A stretch of 64,000 nt of DNA, from contig NMRA01000361.1 in the NCBI GenBank assembly GCA_002633005.1, forward strand, positions 1-64,000, given 5' to 3'. Under the pieces are notes generated by a model that saw only the letters and a program-made list of their open reading frames with translations, had not been told where the DNA came from and ran no database searches. This document shows, piece after piece, positions 1 to 13,059 of this stretch (position 1 is the first letter of the stretch; each line of letters begins with the position of its first letter). The translations under genes were made by a program, and so were the position numbers. This DNA is from Phoronis australis. Taxonomy: Eukaryota; Animalia; Phoronida.

Positions 1-59
1 ACCGCGTTATGCGTTTGTGACTTAAATCTTGTCCACGTTTACGCAAAACTAATTAATAT

Positions 60-620
60 ACAAAAGTATATATTAAACGAAATTACAGCACGGGTGCCAT
101 TAGGTTGTCCCTGGACGGTAAAAACAGCTAAAATCTTAGGCTACCAAGACAATCAGCGAGAGTTAGGGTGAATCTTGAGACTTACGTTTGACGACTCTTC
201 ATCCTGGTCAGAACATATTAATCTGGTGGGAAAAATTGAACAAATCTGTGGCGTACTCCGAGTATTGAATAAACTCAAGAAACATTCTGCCTTTGTTCGC
301 TCTGACAACGATTTACTCGTTCTTAATCCACACTCACTAAATTTGGCATCACAATATGGTAGGCTTTTAAAAATGTTAACAGACTACAATTCCTTCAGAA
401 ACTGGCCTTAAGAATAATCACCAACTCACACTACGTTGTCCATGTAGGCAATTTATTAAAATACTTCTGCTTGAAGACACTCTTAATATATACCGCTGGA
501 AAATAGATCACAAGGTTTTACACTGCCAACATCCACACTGTTTTTATTTTCAAAACAAATTCATATGCTATCACAACCTTAACAACAGATCACGTATAAA
601 TTCTTGTTCGCCAGGGCTGG
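60..620 (+). mobile_element. Decayed non-LTR retrotransposon (LINE, CR1/L2/Daphne-like) fragment, region C-terminal to the RT domain
   Basis: Broken frames read ..TAKILG..LTFDDSSSWSEHINLVGKI..GVL..LNKLKK and ..NVNRLQFLQKLALRIITNSHY, matching the FLG-x-ID-x-L-x-W-x-HI and LQKRAIRII pattern of LINE ORF2 tails. Frameshifts and stops are present; boundaries approximate. Confidence 0.6.
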
Positions 621-762
621 GTTGCATAAAACTTCAAAATTATCCGCTGGACTAAGTTGGATTGTTGCATGTCGTCAGGTGCATTGTTCAACAATAACAC
701 GTGACGCGTGATCATGCATTGTCAGTGTTGCTATACGGCGTATAACTTTTATGCAAATGGGC
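614..762. mobile_element. Short degenerate MITE-like element (Harbinger-like ends)
   Basis: Left GGGCTGGGTTGCATAAAA versus right TTTTATGCAAATGGGCC form an imperfect terminal inverted repeat. Confidence 0.3.
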
Positions 763-1061
763 CTAGATCTCTATGGAAACTTTCTTGTCGCAACTACAAT
801 CCTATACCGACTTCATTTTACTAATAAATCGCGGCAAGTCACTGTTACATTTTCACATTTCTAGAATCATTAATGAAAATAAAATATCCTCATCAGTTCT
901 AGAGAAGATGGACACCCACTCCGTTGCTGGTCTTTCACGATTTGCAAGAACAAAATTCAAGATACTCATCTATTAGGCAATAACTCAAGCTGTTTCTCTT
1001 GCATCTGTGTTCACCATACAAAAATTACACCATTACAAAAAACACTTGCTACAAATTTGCG

Positions 1062-1130
1062 CACATACACGCGCGCGCGCTCGCGCGCACACACACACAC
1101 ACGCATACACGAGCACACGCACACGCAAAC
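1062..1130. repeat. Alternating purine-pyrimidine (CG)n/(CA)n microsatellite
   Basis: cacatacacgcgcgcgcgctcgcgcgcacacacacacacacgcatacac... read directly. Confidence 0.85.
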
Positions 1131-1859
1131 ATATATAAAACGCATTTCTCAGTAACAATTTGCTAATCATATAGTCGCATGATCATAAAATTTGCTTATC
1201 AAATACTCACGTGACCATCGATCTCCTTTATCTATTGCTGTCGTGACAAGGGAAAATTCGAGCCAAGTTTGTGACACTTTATCTATTTCATGATTCTCGA
1301 TTTAGGGCATATTTCTGGAGCAGTACCATCAATATTTTACATTCTTTTTTCTGACTAGTGCGTTTTAAAACCGTTTTCTGTAACCGGAGGACAAATCCTA
1401 GCTACGATTTATGTCAAATTGTAGGAGATTTCCTACCGAACTCATACATGTATGGAATAATTCACTTTCTCAATTGCTTAGAAATTAGGAGCAGAAAACA
1501 GATGATACTCTTACGTTTTAGTGGTTTATAAACAAATGAAAGTCCTAACTGAACATATCTACAATACATAATTACAAATAAGTAGTTCTTATGTGATAAT
1601 ATTGTATTTCGCACTATTCAGAGTAACTAACTAACATCAACGCTACAGTGAATGTGAATTTTAACTATAGCTTACCGGATATTTGCAGAAAACTGTTGCT
1701 TACATGTATTAGAATGGAAGGTGTGTGCGGGAGCACTTGGACATTTAAATTGGCATGGGTATTGCGGGACGTTAATTTGTTGTTGATAAGGTAATGTGTG
1801 TGCGGGTTCATTTGAACCTGTCAACTGGTATAGACACTACGAGAGGTAAAATTTTGACA

Positions 1860-2460
1860 TCTGCAATTAAAGGGTTGGAGTGTACTACCTCCAGGAGGTG
1901 TTTGTAATTGCTGGAAAACCCGAAAGGATTGGCGGCAGAGGATTAGAAGATTTACATACTAATTTGAAACAGGACAGTATAAACAAGTCATCAACAGACA
2001 GAAGGTTCAGACATTTTAATAATGCCTTGAGTGAAAGAAATGCGACATGTTTATGTTTCAGACAGTCACCTTGACAAATTCAACTAAGTTTTAGGAGATT
2101 GTAATTGTTGAATTGCCATCAAACATTTACATACGTGAGATGGGGTGAAATGTGTGATTAGTATAGCAAAAGTAGTGTTTTGGATGAAAATAATTTCAAA
2201 TTTTGATGATAAATTTCCACATGTTTTTGCTATTTTATGTAACACTTCTTGAACACATTTGCTCCAAGTGAGGTGGTTGCATAAGTGTATTCCGAGAAAT
2301 GAGGGTAGTAACATAGGCTATTGTTTTGTTTGTTTTTTTTGTAAAATTTGTAATTTGGGATATTTTCATTTGTAATGTGTTCTTGTAAACGACTGAAAAA
2401 CATTGAAGTCATCTTTACGTGTATTGGTATGAACTGTTATTGTGTACAGACCAATGTATT
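1860..2460 (-). mobile_element. Second decayed LINE ORF2 fragment, opposite orientation to the first
   Basis: Minus-strand frames give SFLGIHLCNHLTWSKCVQEVLHKIAKTCGNL (ORF 2084..2314) followed by ..LKALLKCLNLLSVDDLFILSCFKLVCK, the same LINE post-RT motif series, with frameshifts. Confidence 0.6.
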
Positions 2461-3429
2461 AAAGCGTTTAAAACCAGCAATTTCATATAAAAAACACTAT
2501 AAGAAACAACACCACCAGTTGACCAGCTGCCAAATCAGAAAACATGAAAACACTATCCGGCGATATCTTAATTAGCTGATCTCGAGTTATGAGCAATTAT
2601 TGGTCGCTACATGCTACATAAAATCGGACTAACCCATCACAGCATTGGTCATCATCGATTGTGTTCAGTTGTCAACCGCTGGTTTTCCTGGGGTTAAGGG
2701 TATGATAAGGAAAAGCGAGGTGTTCATTTATGGAAGTTCTTGGTCAGTGACAACTTAATGCTTGACCAAGCTGTGGCTCTTCGCTTTCTCGCGGGACATC
2801 GAGAAGCGGGATATGGTATAAGTTTGTACAAGAAACTCGCGTGTTGATGGTCATAACACATTGGCGCTGGGTACGTTTATACGTAACACTATTATTCGTG
2901 AAGGTACAAAAAAAGCTTTTCATTGAATTCGACTTTCTTCTATTTCCTCGTTTTTTGGAATGTGGAATTCTCGATTGTGATATGCAGTGCCGTAAAGTAA
3001 GGTTTAGTGATGCTGACAAAATTGTCATTTGTCAAAACAAGGAAAATGGTGGTTTCAAACACTTTTAAGTATTTAAAAATACATAATGCATGCCAATTAT
3101 GTGTTAATGCAAAACGCATAAATTTCTTGTTAGCAAACACTAATTGAGCTAAGTGATGCATGAAGTTTGTTTTTAACCACAAGTAAACATTTCATTGTGA
3201 CATGACCCTGAGTGCCGCGCGTGCACAAGGTCGTCAGCGTCGTAGAGAAGCGTTTGATATTTGGACATGGAGTTGTGTTCCATTGCGGTCGTCACTTGGG
3301 TCGGATATCTGGTCGCCAAGCTCTGGTGACCGATTTAGATTACACGCAGTCGGCAAATGCGAATTTTTTAAAATTGCTTATGTTACCTATAAACTGAAAT
3401 GGACAACCAAAATCGCAAATACTTGAAAG

Positions 3430-3730
3430 CGCTTCGTACGCACTAGCGGAATCGCCACATTTTTTTAAATCGCCGTAATCGCTGTATTCGCGTGGACAGA
3501 CAAAACGAAACTTTTCGAAAACCATGGCCAACCTCCTGATCATATGTGTGAAAGGAGTTTTTGAAAACGCAAAGAAGAATAATTTGCGTTTTCGATCGTA
3601 TTTGGTGTGGATAGAAAACTTTATAAACCATACGAAAACGGAATGGTGTGGACAGAGAACTTTTTGGCGACGCAATAAAATAAAAATTACGTTTTCAAAA
3701 TGAAAACAGATTCGTCTGGACAGAGCTTAA
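3430..3730. mobile_element. Probable fragment of a non-autonomous DNA transposon with repeated GTGGA(C/T)AG subterminal motifs
   Basis: gcgtggacaga, gtgtggataga, gtgtggacaga and tctggacagagc-ttaa recur at intervals. Only one end is recognisable. Confidence 0.3.
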
Positions 3731-4425
3731 GACTAACGGAAATAGCCGACAACGATAAATCTGTGACGTTGGTAATGGTTTATTGGCAGCCAAAAGTTGG
3801 GAGTGGAATCTGTATTGAAATCCGGACACTCGGTGAAATCGACGATACACGGTCTGCTGCCGGTCAATCAAAAATTTGCTGAGCGGTCTGCTATTTTTGG
3901 CACCTCTCGCCGACTCGATCCCGGCCTGTCGGCAATAATTCGTGACTTGTGCTATAATATATAAAAAGAGTGACAATGGTTCCAGGTGCCCCCACAGCCC
4001 CCTTCCTCGAGAAAGGTGGATTATCTGGAAATGAAAGTATACTCGTATAATTACGAAAGAAATACAACTGGTTAAATCTGATTGCCCCCTCACTCCCTGC
4101 AAGAGGTAGTTTACAAAAAAATCATTTCAAAACAGAAAAGGTGCGACGATTGGTTCTGGCATCAGGAAAACCTCCAGAACGAATAATTACAGAAAAACGG
4201 GGATAGCAGAGCGGCAGTTGTTTCCAAGATTGGAGATACTGCCTTGTGCGGATTATACATGTACTGTACTTACGACGGGTGGGGCAAGATATCCAGTCCA
4301 GTCGGGATTAAACGCCCACGTCTGTTAAAACCATAAAACACGTGCGAAACGCGCACAAGCGCCCACTTCACTTCACGCCTCTATTTGCTCAACAGCGTAT
4401 TGTAACCAAGAACGATGGTAGATAA

Positions 4426-4856
4426 CGGGGTTTTCCGTAGATAAGCTCACCCGATGAAACGCCCATGGGCGTTTATTCGGAAAATTATGCCGAATAAACG
4501 CCCATGGCCGTATATTTGGTGTAACAACTTCTGGTGTCAAGTGTCCAGATAGTGCGGCGTTTATTCGGAAAATTTTCTCTTAAATGCCCGCTAACCGTCA
4601 ACTTTTAGTCACAAATTCAGTTTTGTGGAGCATTTATCATTTATAAAAACGAACAAAGTTCTGGCAAACTATGCATGTATTTACATAAAATTTAAAAACA
4701 CATTTCAAAGTAAAAACTGCCAGGAAACCTATGACTTTTCGTTTATACGCCCCCTCTTCCGAATAAACACACGGACGTTTATTTGGTGTTACCAAAACGT
4801 CTGGAATTTTTCATTTTCCGAATACACGCCCATGGGCTTATCTACGGAAAATCCCG
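4426..4856. mobile_element. MITE with ~21-bp terminal inverted repeats and internal palindromic CCGAATAAACGCCCATGGGCG motifs (Tc1/mariner-like ends)
   Basis: Left CGGGGTTTTCCGTAGATAAGC; the right end reverse-complements to CGGGATTTTCCGTAGATAAGC (1 mismatch). No ORF. Confidence 0.7.
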
Positions 4857-5293
4857 GTGCAGTAGTGCTAGTTGAAGCAGCATTTTGCCCTGTTTGGCTG
4901 GGTATAAACGAAAAATGAATTAGGTCTTTACACCCATAATTTTCCTTACCGTAATAAGATTCCATTTCCACCGAACTCTGAAGCATTTTCTCGAGTCTAC
5001 GCTGGTACTTTGGTTGATATTGGAAACGGAATCCAATCAGGCCAGATAAAGAATATTGTGAAGCAAATTTTACGAAAGAAAATGGCCTAATTCAATTTTT
5101 GTTTTTGAGGATACTAAACATGGGGATTTTTATGCCTTTTCTCCAAGTAGTATCTAATTATGAATACGCCTGCCACTGTTACACTGACGTCATTCAGGTG
5201 TGATCTCGGTGGGCATAGATAACATACAACATGCCGTGAAAAGATTTCGCGCATTCTCAACCCAAATTAAATTGATATTGTAGCTTACATGAC

Positions 5294-6038
5294 ACGGTGT
5301 CTTTAGGCAAAACGCCTACTGAGAATAGAGCAAAGCGCCCAGGCTAAGCGTCATACCCTACGGGAAGCCTTTCACCCGACCCAATACCAATATTATCAAA
5401 GGTTATGCGATTTGAATACACGTTTTTAACAAAATCTGTCCATTATTACGGAAAAAAACACTAGAGCAGTATGGTGGCGAGGCGGTTAAAAACCCTATTC
5501 AAATTGACATTTTTCTTGTGAATCAAGAGCAAACTGACTATACATACCAGCACGCGCCTAACGTCGTCGCCGCCGCGACAAACACGTAGCAGAACCTAGG
5601 CCGATTTGTCTGTGGTGTCCTAGGTAGTCACTTCTCCCAGAATTAGAAATTAATAGAAACCATCAGTTAATGAAAAGTGTATTGACTTATTGGTCTATGG
5701 GTTGACGAGACGTGACGCCATACATTTTGATTGCCAGGTGTTCTGGATGTTTACTCTTTTCCGAACGACAATTGCACTGACTGGATGATTGGAATATGTT
5801 TTAATATCGTAAAGCTGTGGCAATAGTGCATAGATCATTATTTAATGGCATACCAAATACTGTGATAAATATGTCCCTGTTATATCGTTATTGGCATATT
5901 ACTACGTTCACACTGTTATTATTTTTACTAAAGTAGTTTAAACTTGAATAAACTCTTTTATTTTTGCTCATAATCTGCGACCAGGGGCAATACACTTAGG
6001 CGTTTAGGGATTGGGCGTTTTCCCTTAAAGAGGCCTGG
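5294..6038. mobile_element. Possible old TIR element
   Basis: Left GGTGTCTTTAGGCAAAACGCC resembles the reverse complement of the right end (GGCCTCTTTAAGGGAAAACGCC). Degenerate; no TSD seen. Confidence 0.25.
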
Positions 6039-7014
6039 AACGTGAAAACTCGTAAACGTATATATAAACCTATCGTGACGAATCAAATTCTTGTGAATGC
6101 GGGCGTGAGAGTTGTTCACTTTAAATATTGTAAGAATTTCTTAAAAATCATCAGATTCACTATTTTTGAAACACAGACGAATTGAAATGTAAACCCTTTC
6201 ATCCCAGCCCAGTTTTCAAATTTTCCGCCCCTGTTAATGCGCTCTAAGAATTGCCCAGTCAGTCAACAAGTGAGTCATCGCCTGTTAGGAGTTCAACGGG
6301 AAATGAATTTATGGACGTTCTCTCTTAGCTAGACCCTTCCTTTACACTATTTCATGCATGACCTTTTTGCGCTATGACTCTTATTCTGAAAACCATTTCA
6401 AATTGCTGTATTTAAGTTTGCCACTGTCGCAAGCTGGATCGGTAATGACTCGAGGTATCAAACTGCACTCTTCTGTTTTTCAATGAATGAAACAGACCTA
6501 AAGAAAAAGAGTTGGTTGGCAGGTGATTGTAATTTGACGTTACGTTCATTTGTTGTGCAATAGGGGAGGAACCAAGCCAATCGCCAACTATTAGTGTTGC
6601 ACTACTAGGCTACTCAGAGTCTGTTTGCTAGGCCTATTGAGCCATACCTTACTTACTTTGTAGCCTAGTAAATGGCCAATATCGGTGTTACGGCCGAAAA
6701 ACGTTTTGCCAGCGGAGGGGGGATGGGAAAGATTTCTCAGTCGAAGTAATCATAACTTTGACAAGGGCAGTGTCATGAACTTTTAATCGGCCTAGTGGCC
6801 ATATATTGATGTTTGCCTCACGGGCGATAAGGCCCATTGATCCCGTTCGATTTTTTTCGCCTAATGTGTACTGACAATGGAACTTTAAACTGAAATTATA
6901 AGAAAGCGACCGAAATTTGTACCAGAAAGTGTGCTCCATCTCCGCGGCATGTCCCTACGACCGTCATTCACCGGACTGTCCGCCCCTGCGCCCACTGAAA
7001 CGGATTCACAATCA

Positions 7015-7044
7015 CCCGAAAGGTGGCGCTACTCACCGGAAGTG
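7015..7044 (+). promoter_or_regulatory. TMEM70 proximal promoter motifs: ETS/GABP-type ACCGGAAGTG (7035-7044) and an adjacent CTCF-like AGGTGGCGCT
   Basis: Motifs read directly in a locally CpG-rich stretch 15-45 nt upstream of the ATG at 7060. Function is inferred. Confidence 0.35.
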
Positions 7045-7059
7045 TCGAGAAACTGCGGC

Positions 7060-9918
7060 ATGAGTTCAAAACTGTTAGTCGGAGGATTAGGCCTACGTCT
7101 TTGGACTTTGCCAGTTAGACAGGTTGTGTCGCAGTTTGAGTGTCGTGTTGTGTGAGAATCTGTTGTAAAGAAATATTTTTAGTTCACTGAACTCAAACAA
7201 ATATCATCTGTTGCCACGCGCAGTAATAATGAGATCTCAAAATACCCGGTGTCACATACGTTTCCCCAGGGAAATTAGTTGATTCATCATCTTAGCTTTG
7301 CCATTCTTACAGCTTATTTGGGAAGGGGGATCTCTGTTTAAAAGGTATTTTCGAACTAGTTATTCCCACTCAACAAATTCAGGCTTACCTTTCAATAAAC
7401 TTTGTCCTTTTTAGATGTTTCGTGACCCTTTAGTCTTGCAATGAACCACTTGCAGGTTTCCTCACTGACGGGCTGAGGAAGTGGGACTAAATTGCTATAG
7501 GCCTGTAGTCTTGCATTTGAAAAATCTAGCATTAGGTCTTACATGTCTTGGGCGGGTTCCCGTTGGGCTGTGCAGCAACATTTCACCATTGTGTTATGAA
7601 GGCAAGTGGAACAAAATATACATTGTTTCTCATCTTGCAAAAGGTCTAGTAAGCTAGATTCAGTCTTGTTACTGGACCAATTTACTTGGCCACATGATAA
7701 AAACCATCCATTGACAGCCACGTTATTTTAAGGCCAAGGTCACAACTTTTTTAGTTAATAGTCAGGTGACCCATAATTTGCATAGGCGTGTATTGCCTAT
7801 GGAGAAATGAGTTTCCTGACAACTCTTGTGCATGCATCACACTTGTCTTCATTTGAGGATATATGATGAAATATCTGTGTAAGTCAGTATTTGCCAGTTT
7901 CATGTATTGCAGTGGTTTGTTTTTGCATCAAATTAGCAATAAGTTAGAATCTAACGAATACCCACTCCTGACCTAGTTCTGACCCATATCACTCAAGAAC
8001 CTTAGGCTTTATTTCTGTTTTTGTTGACAAAGGAAGTTATTACATTCGAAAATTTCAAATTTCAGTTGATCCATTCTTGTTGTTTTATTTACCTATTTAT
8101 ATTCTACTTTTCATGAAACAATAGTATCCTTGGGAGGATCTGGATCGCCTTACTTAGTTTCAGATTTATTTTCTACGTTATTTATCAAGAACCTTCAAAT
8201 GCAAGAGAAATACCACTCTGAAATTTTTAATAATGATGTCTAAAGATACACAAGTAATTGTTAATGAACAAACCATATTTTTGACGTTTTCCGTAAATGA
8301 GTCTTCAGGGAACTTCTGCTTATTTCGCAAGGAAATTTATTTCCCTTGACACCAGCCAATCTGAATATGATCATTGTGACCTATCGTAGTGTGATGAGGG
8401 CAAGTAGTGCTGTGGCAGTGATGAATGGAGGCAATCAACTTTACAAAAGCTGGTTTAGTCTGGAAAGGTGTCCCATTTGTAAACAAGTATTCACAGACAC
8501 GTGGCTATAGGTAGAGACCTCGTGCATGAAGACTAGTAATTCTTATTATTTGGCCTATATTTTGCAAAACAAAACATTTCGACAGTGGTAGTACTAGTTG
8601 AAGGTAGTAATACAATCGTAGGTTTATTGTCGAACCCATATTGGCGATGGATTCAGTATTTCAGTCATACTGCACTGGTTTCTCTTCAGGACACTTTAAA
8701 TTTGCCCATGAAGTAACAGAATTTCGCCTTTCCAAAACTGAAATTTAAACTTAAAAAGTGACAGAACTTATAAAAGGCTTACTTTCTTCAGACACTGTTA
8801 CTGGCCGTAGGTGAGGCAGTAGGTTGGTGAAGAATCGTCCTGTGTATTTGGCGAGTGGTGAACTTACATAAAAAATGGGATAACCTTTAGTACAAAGCTG
8901 TATAAATATACATTGGATTGGCCAGTGTAAACAACTAGTGAAATCAACTGGTTAACTGCAATGAATTGTGACTGGTTGTAGACAGGTCTTTGTAAGTGGC
9001 GTATAGGATAGAACTCTGGCATTGCTATCTATATTTCAAGAGCACGGAAGTTATTAAAGTGTCAGCATTCTAGTGGTTTCAGAAAAAGGGTTATTCATAC
9101 TTTTTATCTGTTTTGGAAAACAAGTGACTTAATGCTGGTATTCAAAGAACTTATGTGGAAGTAGACTCCAAGATTTTGCTGATGTTAGAGTTTTGCCAAG
9201 TGTGTAATTTATTAATGTCTTGGTCACATGACTTCCTGTACACTAACTGTGAAAGTGTGATAATAACAATTATTTAATTATTATTTTGCAGTCAATATTG
9301 CCAGTGTCATGGCAGACTAGTGAGTTATTCGTCAGAGGACAGAGCACCAGTTTGAACAAAGGTACACACTCTGTTGTGAAACTTTCGACGCACACAGTTC
9401 TCAAACCTCAGAATTCACGTCACCTGTCAATTCAACAGAACAAGGATGCAGACCAGGGCAGACTAGTCTACGAAGGCACCATTTCTAGAACAGTGAAAGG
9501 AGTAAAGGCATTCTCTTTGTTCACCAGTTGTTTAGGAGTTGGGGTTCAGCCATGGGTCTGGACCCAGGTAGGGTCTGAGATTCAAAATAAAATACTTGTG
9601 GTCAGCGTATTTGGATTTTCAATTCTTTGCATGCCTCTGTTATTACATTTTGTGACAAAGAAGTATGTTACCAAACTTTACTGGGATGAGCCTGGACGGA
9701 AGTTCACAGCGGAGACCATATCTTTGTTTTTGCGCCGAAAGTCATTGACGTTTTCTGTTGATGAAGCAGAGATGGCAGAGATGTCTGGTATTTTTACCAG
9801 TTTCAAGGCAAAGGGACAAGCATTCTTTGTGGATGGTAGCACATTCTTAGACCGAGAAGCATACATAGCACTAATGGGTTTGGACAAACCATTTGAATGG
9901 GAAGAACAGTCAAAGTAG
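7060..9918 (+). CDS. TMEM70: Transmembrane protein 70 homolog, mitochondrial ATP synthase assembly factor (~229 aa, 2 coding exons)
   Basis: Exon 1 is 7060-7122 (MSSKLLVGGLGLRLWTLPVRQ, presequence-like, donor CAG|gttgtg). Exon 2 is 9292-9918 (acceptor ttttgcag, phase 0). Exon 2 has the TMEM70 hallmarks GRLVYEG..RTVKGVKAFSLFTS, PLLLHFVTKKYVTKLY, SGIFTSFKAKGQAFFVD and Y..LMGLDKPF. Confidence 0.92.
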
Positions 9919-11374
9919 GATTGAAGGTGGAAACTACGTAGTAAAAATTTTATCGTGTGTTATATTAACTGTTTCCTAGTGGAATAATCTTGGTGAAACT
10001 AAGCTGTAAATTAAATCATGGAATGTTATCTTATTACAATACATTAATCTGTTATGATCTCTGTCTCTTGCCTATGTTTTTTGTTATTATTATTATTACT
10101 GAGTTCTCTCGATTTTGGTGGTGGTTTGATTGTAATGGGTTCAACATGCCCGGGCTGTTCTCCCAATGCTAGGACGTGTGCATGTTCTGTGTAGGATTTC
10201 AGAAATTTTAAGTTTGAAATGAATGTCATGTTAGAAATTAAGAATAACATGGGCCATTTCCTGGTCTGGAATACATACATAGTTGCCAACTGTTACCTTT
10301 ATAAAGCTTTGAACATGGCTGCATATTTTCGTGCTATACCCCTGTTTCACTCTTCCATTTCTCAGGAACAGCTAAGGAAACGTCACCATGTTTTGTGGGG
10401 GGAAGGTGGTGGACATTTTCCCTTGTGGTATCCTAGATCCAGTTTTCCCATTTTTTCATTTTGGAATGTTAACAACTATGCATGTATCTTTATTTAATTT
10501 AGTTTTTAAAAGTGTCCGCTTTTTAATGGCATATTTACTTGAATATTCAGAACAAATCTGACATTCATCTAGATGTCTGTTTAGAAGTCTAGGCATTTAT
10601 ATTGATTCATTTTATCCCTGTAAGTGCTTGGCTATTTCCCAGCAAGTGTGTTGGAACCGCCCACGACAAATGTCAAGCAGTTTCATCTACTCATGTTTTG
10701 GAAATACACATTATTTTAAACCATAGATCGTAGACAGCATATTGTCAACTCTGATATCTTTTGACATTGCCAGCCTGCTTGTGTGCTAATCTCATCTTCC
10801 CATCAGTTTATTTGGATAGGAAAGTTTGGTATTTAATTCACTGCCTATGATTGGAATTAAGCTCCCGGGTGTTATTTTTCGTTGAATTACCATTTTGTTT
10901 TCATTTTATTCCATTTTGAAGGTCATGTTGTCCGAACATCGAATGTCCATTTTTAGTTTATTTTATACTTTTACATTGGCCCCTTTTGTCGCCCGTTTTT
11001 GGTGGATGTCCTGGTCTATCTATGAGTCTTCATGTACTTCTTATTATAATACTTTTCTGATCAGTCATTTGGCCATTTTTGATTATGGATGATTTCTTAC
11101 TTCCACACCCTTCGTCATGTATACACGTACCTTGTGGTCATGCAGTAGTGTGTGTTTAGCCTACAAAAGACGGAAGCATTCCAGCTTTTTAGGTTTCTGT
11201 CACTTGGCTTCATTTTGACCACCAGGAGGTGCTTTGTGTTATCGTCTGCTACCATGGGCCAGACGGCTTCAAAAAAAGGTTGAAGTTTTTGTAATGTAGC
11301 CTATGACTTAAGTTCATCGCAGCTTTGAAAACTAATTGTGTTAACATGCTGGCATTTCTTCTTCGGTGACCCGG

Positions 11375-13059
11375 ATGGCTCTCTTCTGCGGAAGGAGGCA
11401 GGTATCGTAGATTAAGAACCAAGTTTTTAATCTATGAAGGCTCTGAGTATGCCTGCTCACGAAAATGCGAGCATCCAAAAATGATAGGGCTACTTTTCTC
11501 AATCACGTTAAGCATGGTTTCCGATCATAATGGGAAATCTGGAAAACCAAAAAGTTCACGAAAATAGTTTCCAGGCGTGGAAAACTTATTGAAACTGAAA
11601 AATTTGTAAAAACTGAAGAAGACTAGTACTAAGACGGTCAACCACTTGCTTTGGTTAATCGAACCGAAACCCGTTCGAAACCCATTCAGTTAGCGTTCTT
11701 ACCGAAAGTGGTAATTCAAAAATGAACAGTTTTTGATTGAAATGCTGAACAATTTTCAAAATCAGTTCGGAAGTGGGGGGCAATGTGTCCCTCGGAATAA
11801 TCGCAGGCCTCTGGATCGACACCGTTGATTGGCAAAGGGGAGAAGAGAGACTACAAGGCGAAACATGAGAGAAGAAGAAATTAAAGAGACTATGAACCCG
11901 TTTTCCGTAACAAAAACAAGTTTTGATTTAAACAAGTTGCCCGTACTAAATTGGTCTCAAATTGTTTTGTTGTCTAGTCAGGGATAATTTCGGGGCTTCG
12001 AATGAATTTACAGTTGGTTAGTGCTCTGGAGAGCAGGCTTGTGAAGTTGGCTTGTCACGGGGAGTGTCATGTCTGCAAAGTACATCAACCCTCCTCTCAA
12101 AGATTTCCAGGTAGCCTACAGCATCTCTTTGATGTCGTTGTAGAGGGAGTTGTTTCACGTCATTCGCTGTGCAGATCAGACCGCGGCGGTAAGAGATTTT
12201 TCTTTGTCCGCATAGCCTACTTGTAGCTGCCAGAAGTAATCTCGCCATGTCTAAGTTTCATTACCTGATTCAATGGTCAAAAGTTAATTACTGGTGCGAT
12301 GATTGTAAACATACTTTTGGACCTTCGAATTCTTTTTCAAAAGATGCGAAAAAAACTATTTCTTTTTGGTATATAAAAACATGGTCATGTGACCCAATTA
12401 ATATCAGATCTGCGGGCACAGCCAGTCTTTCTACTTTCACAAAATGTATGCCTTTTACTGATTTGAAATGTATAGCCTTGTAAAAGTTGGCTAAGGTCCA
12501 GCATAACCTTGAAACTCTTCAAGTTTTGTAAATGTTTGGCTAAGGGCACGATCTTGTTAGGAATTCACTGCATTCTGTTCAGTTGCTTCTTTGTTGTGAA
12601 TGTGTTTTTACACATTAGAAGTGTTGCGTGCAAGCAGGGACACCTGGTCCCAAGTAAATATTTATTTCCTGTTTAAGGTTTTCTTGGTCCCACCATGTAC
12701 TGGCGGGAAAAAATATACTTTCTTCTTAAAAGCTTGTACTAAATTGATGATCGCGCGCTGAACTTGAACCAATAATGATGGTCAGGCAATTGACCTCCGG
12801 AATTGGTAACGCCGATGAGGTGATTGCAAGGGCCTATGGCCGGAAATAATAGGAGGCCAACAGGACAGAAACTAACGTTTCTGACCTGGACGATCGATTT
12901 GACCTGGACGATCGATTGGGTTCCTTTAGTTAATAGCAGAAACTCGTTGTTTTTTATAATTAATGAACTTATATATCAAATCGGGGCTTGGCATGTTCAC
13001 TCTTTGTTTTCGCACAGCATTCCGCCATTTCTCCGATATGCGAACTATGACCACCTTAG
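11375..13059 (+). CDS. Tentative 5' coding exons of the GST-omega gene (N-terminal extension)
   Basis: 11375-11401 MALFCGRRQ|gtatcg (phase 0); 12014-12188 LVSALESRLVKLAC..RSDRG|gtaaga (phase 0 in, 1 out); optional 13018-13059 AFRHFSDMRTMTTL (phase 1-1, strong pyrimidine tract, weak donor). All are phase-compatible with the phase-1 acceptor at 13675. No homology support. Confidence 0.4.
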
